A stretch of DNA of 64,000 nt from Azolla caroliniana. Its lineage: Eukaryota; Plantae; Polypodiophyta. The position numbers and the translations under genes were made by a program. The notes below the pieces were generated by a model. It was not told the origin of the DNA. It made no database searches and saw only the letters and a list, made by a program, of their open reading frames with translations. Positions 11,504 to 24,148 of this stretch are shown here, piece after piece. The DNA lies in contig JBHGNT010000013.1 in the NCBI GenBank assembly GCA_043228905.1, positions 4,464,001 through 4,528,000 on the forward strand, in the 5' to 3' direction. The number at the start of each line of letters is the position of its first letter. The first letter of the stretch is position 1.

Positions 11504-14500
11504 CACTTCGGCCATTGCTACGGGCAATGAAGAACTCCTGTTCATTTGTGAACAGACGAGTGCAAATCTTGCAAGTGAAGATTGCACGTGGGTGATTGAT
11601 TCTAGGGCATCGTTCCACATAACTCTGTCGAGAGAGTATTTCTCGACTTACATAGCCGGGGATCATGGCTATGTAAATATGGGTGATAGTGGAGAGTGCA
11701 GGGTAACCAGAGTTGGAAGTGTTTGCTTAACAACATTGACAGGGTGTCGACTGACACTGAAGGATGTTCGACACGTCCTCGATATCAGATTGAATCTGAT
11801 ATCGACTGGAAGGTTAGGTGACGAAGGCTATAGTGGTAGCTTTTGAAATGGCAAGTGGAAGTTCTGTCGAGGAAATGTTATAGTGGCCCGAGAACAGAAA
11901 GAAGGCACATTGTACGTGATAGTGGCCCGACTGTGGAAATCGGAAGTAAATGTGGCAGCTGACTCGGCAGGTGAGATATGGCATAAGAGGCTACACCACA
12001 TGAGTGAGAAGGCCGACCAGAAACTTCTACCAGACTTCAAGGGCGTGCATCTGGAGAAGTGTGTCAACCATAGTTGGAAGACATGGGCCTTCGTACTGAA
12101 GTCGAAGGATCAAGTACTGTTGGTTTTCAAGGAGTTCTAGGCAAGAGCCGAAAGAGAGTCGGGTCGGAAGTTGAAGGTTTTCTGAACCGACAATGGTGGC
12201 GAGTACAAAGGGCAGTTCGAGGAATACTGCAAGTGCCAAGGTATTCGGATCGAATACACAAGAAGGTAGGCTATAGGCTATGGGACCTAGTCGACAAGAA
12301 GGTAGTGAGAAGTCGGGATGTAGTCTTTCTAGAAGATAAGACGATTGAAGAATGGAAATCACAGAAGTCAGAATCAACTCCCTAGTCAACCTCGACTACC
12401 ATCGACTTAAGGCCAAGTGAGTTGTCACCGATAGCTATAAGGAGACAGCTGGCCGATAGAGCCGAATCTGAATCGATCGACTCGGAGAGACCGGCTAACT
12501 ATGAGTCAAAGTCGACAGAGCTGCAAAGATCAATTGATGAATATGAGTTGGAGTTGTCCAACCAGGAGAGGCCGATTGACGAGTAGAATCCCGAGCAGAG
12601 AGAAGAGTTGGCAGAGACATTTGAAAGAGAGCCAACAACGAGTGGAAGAAGATACCCACTCAGGGAGAGGAAAGCACCGTCTACATATGGTAGCCAATAC
12701 AACCTCTTGACTGATGAAGGTGAACTAGAGTGCTATGAAGAAGCCATTGCCGACGAGCACAGAGAGAAATGGCTGAGCACAATGCAAGATGAGATGGAAT
12801 GCTTGCACGAGAACTACACCTACGACCTAGTAGAGTTGCCGAAAGGTAAGAGAGCACTCAGGAATAAGTGGGTCTAGAAGGTGAAGACTGGAGAAGCTGA
12901 CACTGATCCTAGGTATAAAGCTCACATAGTGGTGAAAGGTTTTCATTAGAAAAAGGGTGTCGACTTTGATGAAATATTCGCAACAGTCGTGAAGATGACA
13001 TCCATTCGAACTAATATGAGCATAGTAGCCAGTATGGATCTGGAGATCGAATAGTTGGATGTCAAAACCGCCTTTCTGCATGGGGAGCTAGAAGAAGAAA
13101 TCTATATGCAGCAACCCAAAGGCTTTTAGGAGAAAGGGATAGAGAATCTGGTGTGTTGACTGAAGAAAATCATGTACGGTCTGAAACAAGCTCCACGCGA
13201 ATGGTACGAGAAGTTCGAGTCCTTCATGATCGAACACTGGTTCTAGAAAACACAGGCTGATCAATGTGTGTTCGTCAAAAGGACGAAGAAGGAGACTTCT
13301 TGATTCTCGTGCTATATGTTGATGACATGTTGATAGTCCGTCAAGATACAAGGAAGATTGGGCAAAATGTTGCATATGTGTGTTTAGAATAGATGTAGCG
13401 TGAGAGCGTGTGAGACAGAGAGTGAGTGAGAGTGGCACCATAGCTGTGTGCGTAACAACAGACGCCAAGAGCCCTGCATGGCTGACACACTCGAAGGACT
13501 GTTGTAACATTTTCTGTTGTGACTTGAATGTTGGGACATGCTCCATAAAGATCTTTCGTTTCCTTCATCACCGCACGAATCTACCATCCATGGTTCGTGT
13601 TGATAGGACATCTTCCCTTCTTGTAGAAATCCTTTGACATGAGGTTAATCTCTGATCCGTGGTCTATAAGAGCCACAACAGTCTCTTTTGTCTTAGATCC
13701 AATCTTCACCGGAGTTTCCATTGTCCACTCTCGCCCAATGCGGTCGTGTATAATGATTGTCCACTAGATCTTCTTCGTTCTCTTCCGTTCTTGCTATAGT
13801 TATGGCATTGGTTGTCATCTTTGTTGAAATTCCCTCTTCCTCATCCACTTGTTGTCTTTTACGTTTAATAAGATCGACGATGGTGTAATGGAACTCCTTT
13901 GCAACTCCGAGTAGTTCTCTCAATGTAAGGTCAATACGGCTATCGAGCACTCTTTCTTAAGTTAGTTGTTTGTTCAATATCCGACCTTAATTTGTATGTT
14001 GGCATCGATCTATCCTTCCCCTTCTTGGAATTCTCTTCAATGGTTTGAGTTGGTTCCTCGGCTCTCTTGTTTGAGCTTCCATCTTCTTGATGTGTGGCCT
14101 TGATCATCTCTTCCTTCTTCTTAAAGCTTCTTGTGTCATGTTTCTTAGAGGGACTTCATCTAGATCCGTCCTCTTCCACTTCTCATCCACAAACACTTCG
14201 TGGGTTTCACATATGACCTTTGTGGAGATCGTGTTGTTATCAACTGGATCCGCCCACCCGGTAAGGTCTTGTACATGAAGGTTGGCTAGCTTTGTATCAT
14301 CCGAATTAAAATTCCCTTTTTTTTCGTATTTGAGGAAGGTTGGCCAATTCCCAGTTCCCGGTTTAACCATTCCAAGCTTCTCCTTCCCAATTCTTATACC
14401 GGCGGATGCGGCATAGTGTATAGCTTCGACGTGGCTCAGATCGGCCTTATCCATGATTTTCTTTAGACCACCCCAAACGAGATTCACTTGCAAGGGCTTT

Positions 14501-14512
14501 CGAGTCTCACTT
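11504..14512 (+). repeat. Second, deletion-riddled unit of a tandem segmental duplication of 994-11508
   Basis: Collinear with 994-11508 minus Copia B; junction microhomology CACTT at 994, 11504 and 14508. Confidence 0.9.
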
Positions 14513-15443
14513 GAGTGTATAATGTTGCCTTCCATGTAGACGAGGTTTTGTTGAATTGCATGATCAACACTACCACACCATACACATCTATATGGGTCTT
14601 TCCCCTTTGGCCTTCAACGACTTATATTAGCTAACGAAAACACTTCAAATTTTCGTGCCAACTCTTTAGTGACAGAGTTCTCCATTGCTCTTTCGATCGG
14701 CTCTCTTTGCTTTGTCATCTCAGTTGTTATTGGAGCCTTCCTTCTTTGAACTATGTCGGAATCATCTAGCCATCAACGACGCTTGCCAAATCGATCACAT
14801 GCTCTTCTTACCGCTACCCAATCCGTTATGAGACCATTGGGTTGTGCTTCGTCCTCTAATAGACTACCTAGTTCTCGTCTATCTTTTGCATCCACTACCT
14901 TTAAGAAGTACAAAACTTTATCTCCTTCGAGAAGTGTTTGGTCGGTTCTCGGGAGACGGTTGTACATTTGGTCAAATTCAGTGTACACTCCCAATGTGTT
15001 CATGTTCTTCCCCTTCTTCTCGATACACTTCATCAATGTATGAAGAGTCATCCTCGATGCATCTTCAAGCATATATTCAGCCAAAAGCGCTCATTCAAAT
15101 CCCACCCATGTTGTTTGGGCGGCTTGAATCTCCCTTATACGGCCTTGTAACCCAATTGCTATGACACGCTTGAAGCTTGATATTTCCTTCTCTTCGATGA
15201 CATCATGTTGTTGCATCTCTGTCTTGTATGTAGAGAGAAAATACCTAATGTTTCTTCCACCAAATTGGCCCGCTATCTCAACGGTTCAGTCGATGGCCTT
15301 GTCTAAGCTTGCATCATTATCTCAAGCTCTCATCATATGCTCGAGTATAGCCACCAACTTTGCCACTTCGTCAACTTGGGTGTTTGTCGAAGAAGCCATC
15401 TTGTAACCTTCTATTTGAAGCACTTGATCCTTTCTACCGCTTC

Positions 15444-15461
15444 TTCACGTCGGGTTTACCA
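15444..15461 (-). promoter_or_regulatory. PBS complementary to the tRNA-Trp 3' end (Gypsy A)
   Basis: TGGTAAACCCGACGTGAA on the minus strand; one mismatch to the complement of plant tRNA-Trp ...TTCACGTCGGGTTCACCA (recalled sequence). Confidence 0.8.
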
Positions 15462-15469
15462 CTTTATTA

Positions 15470-17024
15470 TGTTGTGAAAATTCGTCACTATGTGTGGATC
15501 GTGAGGCAGAACCGCCAGGGTTATGGACGGGAAGGAAATAGGGTTCACACACACAACACAAGGAAGGCTTACACAAACAAGGCACGAGTATTCGAACGTG
15601 TTTGTGAAAAGGAGAGGTGCATGAGCAAGCCCGAATCAACCCTTAGTCACAAGGCGAACAAATACATGCGAGGAAGGCTTACACAAGGACACACAAGGAA
15701 GGCTTACACAAACAAGGCACGAGTATTTGAACGTGTTTATGAAAAGGAGAGGTGCATGGGCACGCCTGAATCAACCCCTAGTCACAAGGCGAACGAATGC
15801 ACGTTAGGAAGGCTTACACACGGACACACAAGGAAAAGGCTTATTTACACACATGAGAGATAAAGTTTCAAATGCCTTTGTGAAAAGAGAGGTGCATGGG
15901 CAAGCACGAACACTCCCTTGTTACAAGACATGCGAACACACAAGCAAGGTTTACACACGGGAGATACAATTTCAAACGCCTTTGTGAAAGGAGAGGTGCA
16001 TGGGCAAGCCCAAATGCTCCCTTGCCACAAGTCACACGAACACACAAGCAAGATTTACACTAACACGCAAGACACGAAAGTTTGAATGCCTTTGTGAAAG
16101 GAGAGGTCCATGGGCAAGACCGAAACGCTCCCTTGTCACAAGACACAAAAACAAATAAGCACAAATGACAATAACATATAAGACACATAAGTTTGAATGC
16201 CTTTGTAAAAGGAGAGGTGCATGGCACAAATAAATAAGCAAAAATGACGATAACTTATAAGATACGTAGGTGAAACCAAACATTATTTTATTGCAATATA
16301 ATAAATTCTTTTATAAAATAAGAATAAATTTTACAACGGGTTTGATATGAATATGAGAGATAATTTATAAAGGATCGGGGAAGAGAGGTGGAGGAAAGAA
16401 GAGAGTGGAATATAAAGGAAGGTGATTCTTTGTTGATGATGCCTCTCAATGTTGTTGATCCTTCTTCTTTTTCCATCCAATTGAGTAGAGCTTCCGCGTT
16501 CCTTCTCTCTCCCCCCCTTCTTCACTAGAATAGGCTCTTATTTATAGGTTTAGGATTGCTTGCTTTTTTCCCCTTCAAAAAATGCTTGTCTATATCAATC
16601 AACCTTTCTTTTCCTCACTAATTTTGTTTTCTAGTCCCAAATTTCACATGCAAGATATTCTTGGAAATCTCTTTTGGTTAGCTTTCTTATGCATATTTTC
16701 TTTTCTAATTTGGATATCTGACGAGGAAATTATGAGTTTTTTTCTCTACTGTGCTCCTCATATTCACGCATGCTTTTCTTTTTCTCCGGATCTTTTTCTC
16801 TACTTTTGTCTACTTTTGAAAACTGCCTCTAACTTAATATTCATCATTATTTATAGTAAGGTTCAATCCTTTGACCTTTTATTTATAAGGAATTATCTTT
16901 GGCAAATGTAAAAGTATTTTTGCTACCAATAAAGTTGACTTTGTGACAATACTAGTTTATTTGAACTACTATTTTACTTCTTTTCGAGAGTGGTTTCACA
17001 TTATGTGTTAGAAACATCACGACA
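15470..17024 (-). repeat. 5' LTR of Gypsy A (~1.55 kb) with an internal tandem array (~15540-16230)
   Basis: Minus strand TGTCGTG...CACAACA; six copies of the (G)GAGAGGT(G/C)CATG core at ~103-141 bp spacing. Confidence 0.8.
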
Positions 17025-17059
17025 TTGGTAGCCTAGGCCTGCACTTCGTATTCAAGCAG

Positions 17060-17866
17060 TTGGTTCTGATAAGTCGGTTGAACCCTATTTAGAGCCTTTT
17101 TTGCTCGTTCCATTTCCTCGTAGTGTTGTCGGGTCAGCTTCATCCTTTCTCTCGCCATCTCTTCCAGCAGCATTGCCGACTCTATCGCCTTTGTCCGTTC
17201 TTTTGCCAACGCGTCCGATTTCTAATCTACCTCTGCCCGGAGTTCCCTCAACTTCTGTTGTTTCCCGTCCAATTTTGCCCCAAGATTTTCATGCTGCGCA
17301 TCTAGGTACTTCTGGTCTTGGTGCAGTTTATTGAAGTCTTCTGTTTTCTGTTTTAGCCAGCGGTTAATTTGCGAGCGACCACGGTCCTCCCTGTCCTTCT
17401 GCTGCCGGAGTTCCTCTTTGAGCCGTTCTATTTCTGTTTCCGCACCACACTAGACCTTGTCGTTTTCCTGCAACAATTTTTGGGATTCCTCTTTTAGTCG
17501 GTCGTTAGCGGCCTGCCTCTTCTAGAGAGCTTCTTCTATTCTCCATTTTTCCTCCTCGACTGCTTTCTTTTGCTCTCCTTCTCTGCCCCTTGGGGTCTCT
17601 TGAGTGGCCAATTCCTCTTTCAAGGTTGCTAGTTCCTGGTCTTGCTCAGTAATATTTACCGGGGCTGTGCTGGCCACAGGTTCCTTTGGCGTTGGTGTGT
17701 TAGCCGGTGCCACCAACTCTATGGTTGTGTTTGGCCCTATCTAGGCTATATTGGTCGCATGTTCCTTGGCCTTCTTCAACTCTTCTTCTAAGCTCCGGAT
17801 CCGTTGTCCTAATGTGGCATGCTCGATTGTAGGAAAAACCGGCGAAAGGGGAGGTCAAAATGTGCA
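17060..17866 (-). pseudogene. C-terminal coiled-coil part of the Gypsy C 3' extra ORF
   Basis: E/K/Q-rich heptad-like peptides (RIRSLEEELKKAKEH, QELATLKEELATQ); reading frame joins 28718 once Gypsy B is removed. Confidence 0.6.
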
Positions 17867-20234
17867 TGTACAATGTGTGTGCACACAAAGGCAATTAAAT
17901 GTGCACATGCAAAAGAAAAGGGAAAAGAAAGGGTGGAAAGGAGATATAGAAGCTCGTGTAAAAAGTAAGAGAGAGGAGAGATAAAAAGTAGAGACAAGAC
18001 ATGCTATGAATTTGTAGATATAGAATTATATAGTATATAAGAGAGAGTTAATGGACTAGTGGATAATAAAATTGACTTCTAGCTAGATGTGCACGGTTCA
18101 AATGTGGTCTTACAATGCAGCGTGATTTAACGAATTTTATTTCTTTTGCATTGAAGACAAAATTGGTGACCCCCTTCCTTTTTTCCTATAAAAGGAGGTC
18201 GAGGGGGGCTCATTTGAAGGACGTTTTGGGAGGAGGAGACTATCGCCATTTCTCCTTTGGAGCTCTTCATCTTCTTTTTCACCATTTCTCTTCATCTCAT
18301 ACCCCTTCATCCCCTAATTGCCACGTGCTCGTCTTCTTCGTGTTGGCACTCGAAGTGCTCGTTTATGGTGCTTGTGAGCCCCAGCTTTATTGGTTCGACG
18401 TTGCTTCGTTTCCATTTCTCGTTGCGAGCCTGTGTGCTTGTTGTTCGAGTGGTCGTGGTTTGTAGGCGTCGGCATTTTTGTGGTGCTCATGTGTTCGTCT
18501 TCGTCGTGTTTGTGCTCCGTGTTCAGATTTGCTTTTGTCTCTAAGGGCATTTAGTATTTATGTATTGTTGAGCCTGTGGTTAACTAGAACTTCCTACATT
18601 GTAATCAAACCCTATTTAATAAAGGGCCCTCTTGCGTTGGAATTGAACACATATTTATTTCTTTAGACAATATCATTCATGTTCTTTCTTTCTTTCTTTC
18701 TTTGTTCTCGTCCCCCTGTATGTTCGGCAATCTTGTGATGAGGGAGCGTTTTGAGCATGCCCATGCACCTCTCCTCCTCGTAAACGCGTACGAGCATGTG
18801 TGTGCGTTTGTGTCTTCCTTGTACGTTCGACTGTCTTGGGACGAGGGAACGTTTTGGGCGTGGCCATGTACCCTTCCTCATAAAGGCGTACGAGCATTTG
18901 TGCATGTGCTTGTGTCTTCCTTGTACGTTTGATTGTTTTGTGATGAGGGAGGGTTTCAGGCGTGCCCATGCACTTGTCCTCCTCATAAAGGCGTACAAAC
19001 ATTTTGTGTGTGTGTTTGGGTTATTCTTGTCTGTTCGGCCATCTTGTGATGAGGTAGCGTTTCGGGCGTGCCCATGCACCTCTCCTCCTCATAAAGGCGT
19101 ACGAGCATTTGTGCATGTGTTTGTGTCTTCCTTGTACATTCGGTCGTCTTGTGACAAGGGAGCGTTTCGGGCGTGCACATGCACCTCTCGTCCTCATAAA
19201 GGTGTACGAGCATTTTGTGCATGTGTTTGTGTCTTCCTTGTACGTTAGGTCTTCTTGTGACGAGGGAGCGTTTTAGGTGTGCCCATGCACCAATCCTGCT
19301 CATAAAGATGTACGAGCATTTGTGCGTGTGTTTGTGTCTTCCCTGTACGTTTGGTCGTCTAGTGACGAGGGAGCGTTTCGGGCGTGCCCATGCACCTGTC
19401 CTCCTCATAAAGGAGTACGAGCCTTTTCTGTGTGTGTTTGTGTTATTCTTGTCTGTTCGGCCGTCTTGTGATGAGGGGGCGTTTCAGGCGTGCCCATGCA
19501 CCTCTCCTGCTCATAAAGGCATACGAGCATTTGTGCATGTGTTTGTGTCTTCCTTGTACGTTCAGTCATCTTGTGACGAGGGAGCGTTTCGGGCGTGCAC
19601 ATGCACCTCTCGTCCTCAGAAAGGTGTACGAGCATGTTGTGCATGTGTTTGTGTCTTCCTTGTACGTTCGGTCGTCTTGTGATGAGGGAGCGTTTCAGGT
19701 GTGCCCATGCACCACTCTTGCTCATAAAGATGTATGAGCATTTGTGCGTGTGTTTGTGTCTTCCTTGTACGTTTGGTCGTCTTGTGACGAGGGAGCATTC
19801 GGGCTTTTGCCCATGCACCTCTCCTCCTCATAAAGGCGTACGAGCATTTGTGCTTGTGTTTTGTGTTTTCCTTGTATGTTCGACGTCTTGTGACAAGGGA
19901 GCATTCAGGCGTGCCCATGCACCTCTCCGCCTCATAAAGATGCATGGGCATTCGTGTTTGTGTTATCATCCCATTGTGCGTTCATCTTGTGTGCTCACCT
20001 TTGCTTGTACCTGTTTGATCACTTGGCTGGTGCAGTGATCTCAAAAACTCGACGACTCGTGATCAGCAAAAGACACTGGCCCCACAAAAGGGGCAAGGAG
20101 CCCTTGATCAGGAAGGGTCGGGATGTGGTATTGTCGTAAAGCAAACCTCGGGTCTTGTCTATCCCTTCGTACTCTCTAGTCCAAGACCCTCGTGGTCCCA
20201 CCCAAGTAACACACACGTGGGAATCTTCGCGACA
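17867..20234 (+). repeat. 5' LTR of Gypsy B (~2.37 kb)
   Basis: TG..CGCGACA ends; TATA box CTATAAAAGG ~18186; repeated in part at 27771-28712. The left end is inferred from the TSD. Confidence 0.8.
18710..19960. repeat. Tandem array of ~12 units of ~105 bp inside the Gypsy B LTR
   Basis: GTGTCTTCC anchors at 18810, 18912, 19123, 19229, 19334, 19545, 19651, 19756. Confidence 0.95.
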
Positions 20235-20239
20235 TAAAT

Positions 20240-20257
20240 TGGTGAACCCAACGTGAA
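20240..20257 (+). promoter_or_regulatory. PBS complementary to tRNA-Trp (Gypsy B)
   Basis: TGGTGAACCCAACGTGAA, 5 nt after the LTR end. Confidence 0.82.
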
Positions 20258-20279
20258 AGGGTGGCAAGGGAGAACCAAG

Positions 20280-22483
20280 ATGCGAGGAGGAGAACTCGTT
20301 GAAGCGATGGCGGGGGCGGCGGATCGCTTGGTAAATGCCCGAGAAGGCATCACCGGCCTAGACCGGGCCATAGAGACAATGGTTAGCACAACGGGTCACT
20401 TCAATGGAGGGGATACCACGAGCTACCTGGATGCCTATAAGGCCGAAATGCTTATGTGAAACGTCCCCAAAGATAGGCGGCTAACTGGATTCACTAGAGT
20501 GGTAACACCGAGTATCCACGTAGAGGTACTCGAGATCCAAGCAAACTGTTGCAATTGGGAGGAGTTCGAAGAATGACTCCTCGAGAAGTACGACCTTGAT
20601 GACTTACTCAGAATTTTGAAAAGGGATCTAATGGAGTGGGTTGAGATTCCCGAGAAGGGGAGAAATACTATGGCACTTCTACAAGAATTTGAGAAGTGCT
20701 TCGCGAGACTCTCGACTCTCGATAGAACGGTGCTTGACACAAGGAAGGTCCTACTATTCATAAAAGCTATTGATGCACGAGACCGAGAGAATGTGGGGCT
20801 TCTCCTCGAAACTGATGATGGGCTCACGATGGATTGGGCTATGGTAAAACGGGTTTGTAGTCGCTTCGATAAGAGAAGGGAATGGAACGGCAGGTCTCCG
20901 TTGAGCGGGCAAACATCGACAGGCTCCATTAGTGAGACACACAAACCCAGGGGTGGTAGAGCACCTCAAGAAAGAGAGCAAGCAAATGCAAGGTTTTTCC
21001 CCAAGAGAAACGTGGTTGAAGCACCGTTTGGAGGGTTGGCAATAGACGAGCTCACAAAGATGGTGCGAGATCTCCAAATAGTGCAAGCTAGGAGAGAGAG
21101 TGGCGACTGTCAAGATCGACATCCCCTATTCGCGCAAATATGTATGTGGTGCGACAATCCCGACCACCTACGAAGGGAGTGTGGAGACTTTCAAGAGGCC
21201 CTAATAAGGGATATTATCTATCTTTGGAACAATATAGTCTATTCGACGGAGACAAAGCGCACCTAGAGATTGAATCAAGGCCGAGGGGGCATGAGAAGGC
21301 TAATGGAGGAGGCCAAAGCATGACATGTTGAAGCCATCCACTACTCGGCGTCGGCTGGGATCCGAGTGGGGAAAGAGGTGAGGAGGCAAGAGGAGAAAGA
21401 GTTTGAATTGTGGCCGTCAATCCTTGGAAGACTCTCTAGGGGAATGTTCAAAAGACAAGAAGTGGACAAAGCGGAAAGAAGGGTCCAAGAAGCAACCGGG
21501 TGGAAGGATCCTGTGGAAGAAAAGACAGGCTTAATGGAAGCCGCTTGCCAAAACTACGAAGTAATGGTAGAAGAGAAGAAGGTAGCAGATGACGAGGGAG
21601 CCGGTCCATCAAGAAAATACGACGCTCGAGGTGCACGAAGAAGGGATGAACCGAACCAGTCTCAAGCACGCGACGAAAGATAGAAAGAGAAGGAGAACCC
21701 CTCCAACTTCAAGCTTTTCTCGGAGATCGAATAAGCAATGGACTTGAAGAAGGTAATGGAGGAAAGGATCCTCGATAGTCACGTAGAGTTACTCTATGAG
21801 AGGTCCTCGGAATTCACAAGAAAGAATTCCACGAGGTCATCATCGACCTAATGAAGAGGAAGCGGCTCTCGACGGAGCAAGAAGTGGCAAAGCCCGCGAT
21901 TGTAAATGCATTCTCAACTAAGGTGCCCGAGGAAGACAAACTCTATGCGGACAATCACTACACGAGGCCGCATTGGGCGAGAGCGACAACGGAGACACCG
22001 GTACTGGTCCGAGATGTAAAAGAGCTGGTTGTAGGATTGATCAACCATGGCTCTGAGATCAACCTTATGTCCATGGACTTTTATAAAAAGGGAAATTGGC
22101 CGATCAACATGAAGCATGGGTGGAAGATTAGAGCGTTGACCCGAGCAATCGAGGAGCTATACGGGGCTTGCCTGAATGTACAGGTGAAGGTGGGGGACGT
22201 AGAAATAGATCAACATTTCTTTGTTCAAGACACGTCCTCGAACCCGGTCATCTTGGGTGAACCATACAACACGGCGGCTCACATGGAGACGAAGGTGCTA
22301 GACAACGGGTCGGCATATGCGAGGGTCAAGAGCCAAGATGGGAAGCATTTGGTCCAATTCCTTACGGTGAGGCCCAACCATGAGCGCAATCGAGCCTCCC
22401 TCAAAGGGGAGAGCCGAGAGGATTTTTTATGTGGGCTATTAAAGAGTGGGACCGCAATAGCCCGAGGCAAACTAAGACCCTAA
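20280..22483 (+). pseudogene. Gypsy B gag-protease (disrupted)
   Basis: CCHC knuckle CMWCDNPDHLRREC; protease LINHGSEINL...VILGEP; multiple stops. Confidence 0.85.
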
Positions 22484-24148
22484 ACCCTTGCAAAACTATT
22501 AAATGTAATAGGAAACAATTTTGTTTCTCTGAAAATGGAGCTTGTAAAATTACTAGTTTAAGTGATACAGATAAGCCTAGGGCTAAGAGATAAGAAAGGT
22601 ATCTCAAACAATGTAATTTATTAGGGGAAAATGACACCATAAGCGGCACCATGGAGGCGGTCTCATTGGAGGACACTCTCGGAGAGATGGAGAGGATAGT
22701 TGCTTCGGACGTCAATGAAGACAAGGTAATTCTAGTCAACTCAGTTGACATGTACACCGCCATCGAAGAGCTTGGGCGGTTGATCGAGGAAGCGAGGACG
22801 GTCAAGGTGCAAAGTACAAGACCATGGACAAGAAGTTGAAGCATGTGGCTGCCCCATTGCCTAACGATAGTTGGGATCGGATAAAGGGGGTAGCGGTTGA
22901 TCCGAGCTTGCGGGACCCACGAGGCATAGGGCATCAGTTCACCGACGAGACACGACAGAAGCTCCGGATTGGTGGGGGTGGCTTTCTATTTCCTAGGGAG
23001 GAGGAAAGATTTAGAAGGATGATCGAAAACCACGAAAGGGCTTTTGCCTTCTTGTTGGGTGAGATAGGGTGCGTAAACCCTAAGATCGTGTAGCCAATGG
23101 TGATCTTTACGGTACCGCATGTACCATGGAACATCAAACCAATCCCGGTTCCGAGAGCTCACATCCCGAAATTGATTGAGCTACTCAAGAAAAAGATCGA
23201 GATGGGTATTCTCAAGCCCTCAAGTGCCCCATACTCGAATCAGTGGTTCACTATGCCAAAGAAGAACGACACCTTATGCTTCATCCAAGATCTACAACAT
23301 GTTAGTCAAGTGACAATTCAAAATGCAGCGGTTGGGCTGAGCATTGACGAATTCGTCGAGGCCTTCGCTAGAAGGTCTATTTATTCAATCGATGATCTAT
23401 ACTCGAGGTATGATCAATTCCAACTAGTTGTGGAGAGTACGAACATCATAACAATGTGGACCCCTATCGGCCTAGTGCGAATGTGTACCTTGCCACAAGG
23501 AGGCACTAACTCTGTAGCCCACATGGTAAATGCAATGAACAAGGTATTGAGAGATTGCATCCCCGACATCACTATGTCATTCCTCGATGACATCCCCATA
23601 AATGGGTGCTCTTAAGAGGAGAAAGATGAAACCTTGGACGAGGATGGGTGCAGATGTTTTGTGGCAGATCACATCTCCAATTGTGAGAAGGTTCTACAAA
23701 GACTCGAAGATGCACGCTTGACCTTCTTGGGTGAGAAATCGGCATTCGGGCAATCAGAGATTCTTGTGGTGGGACACTTGTGCGGGAAATATGGACGGAA
23801 GCCATCCCCGGCAAAGGTGGACGCCATCACAGACATGAGGGAAGAATGTAAATCGCAAATAGAGGTGAGGTGATTTCTTGGTGCCTATGCATTCTACCAC
23901 GTTTGGATCCTGCACTACGCTCACCTCACCGAGCCCGTGTAGGGGCTACTCAAGAAGGGGTGGAAGTTCAAGTGCGAGGAAGAGCACACAGAGGCAATGA
24001 AGAGGCTCAAAGGAATGTTGGTAGTGGCACCAGCTTTACGAAAAGCCGTATACAAGGAAGGGGTGCCCATGTACGTGACGGTAGATACGAGTCCAATAGG
24101 GATTGGATGGGTCATCAACCAAGAAGGAGAGGATTGTGCACGCTACGC

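Larger units (their letters stand above)
10423..17024 (-). mobile_element. Gypsy A: 5' part (LTR, PBS, gag, protease) of a tRNA-Trp-primed Ty3/gypsy element, partly duplicated
   Basis: Gag starts at ATG ~15400; protease LIDHGSEINL at ~10630-10660 and ~13640-13670; peptides homologous to Gypsy B gag-pro (NHYTRPHWAR). Confidence 0.88.

Noticed and set aside
18710-19960. CRISPR-like regular repeat
   Set aside because: Whole units repeat with no unique spacers; eukaryotic LTR context, no cas genes.
18663-20038. Many overlapping 100-155 aa Cys/His/Arg-rich ORFs on both strands
   Set aside because: Artefacts of the 105-bp (multiple of 3) tandem repeat inside an LTR.
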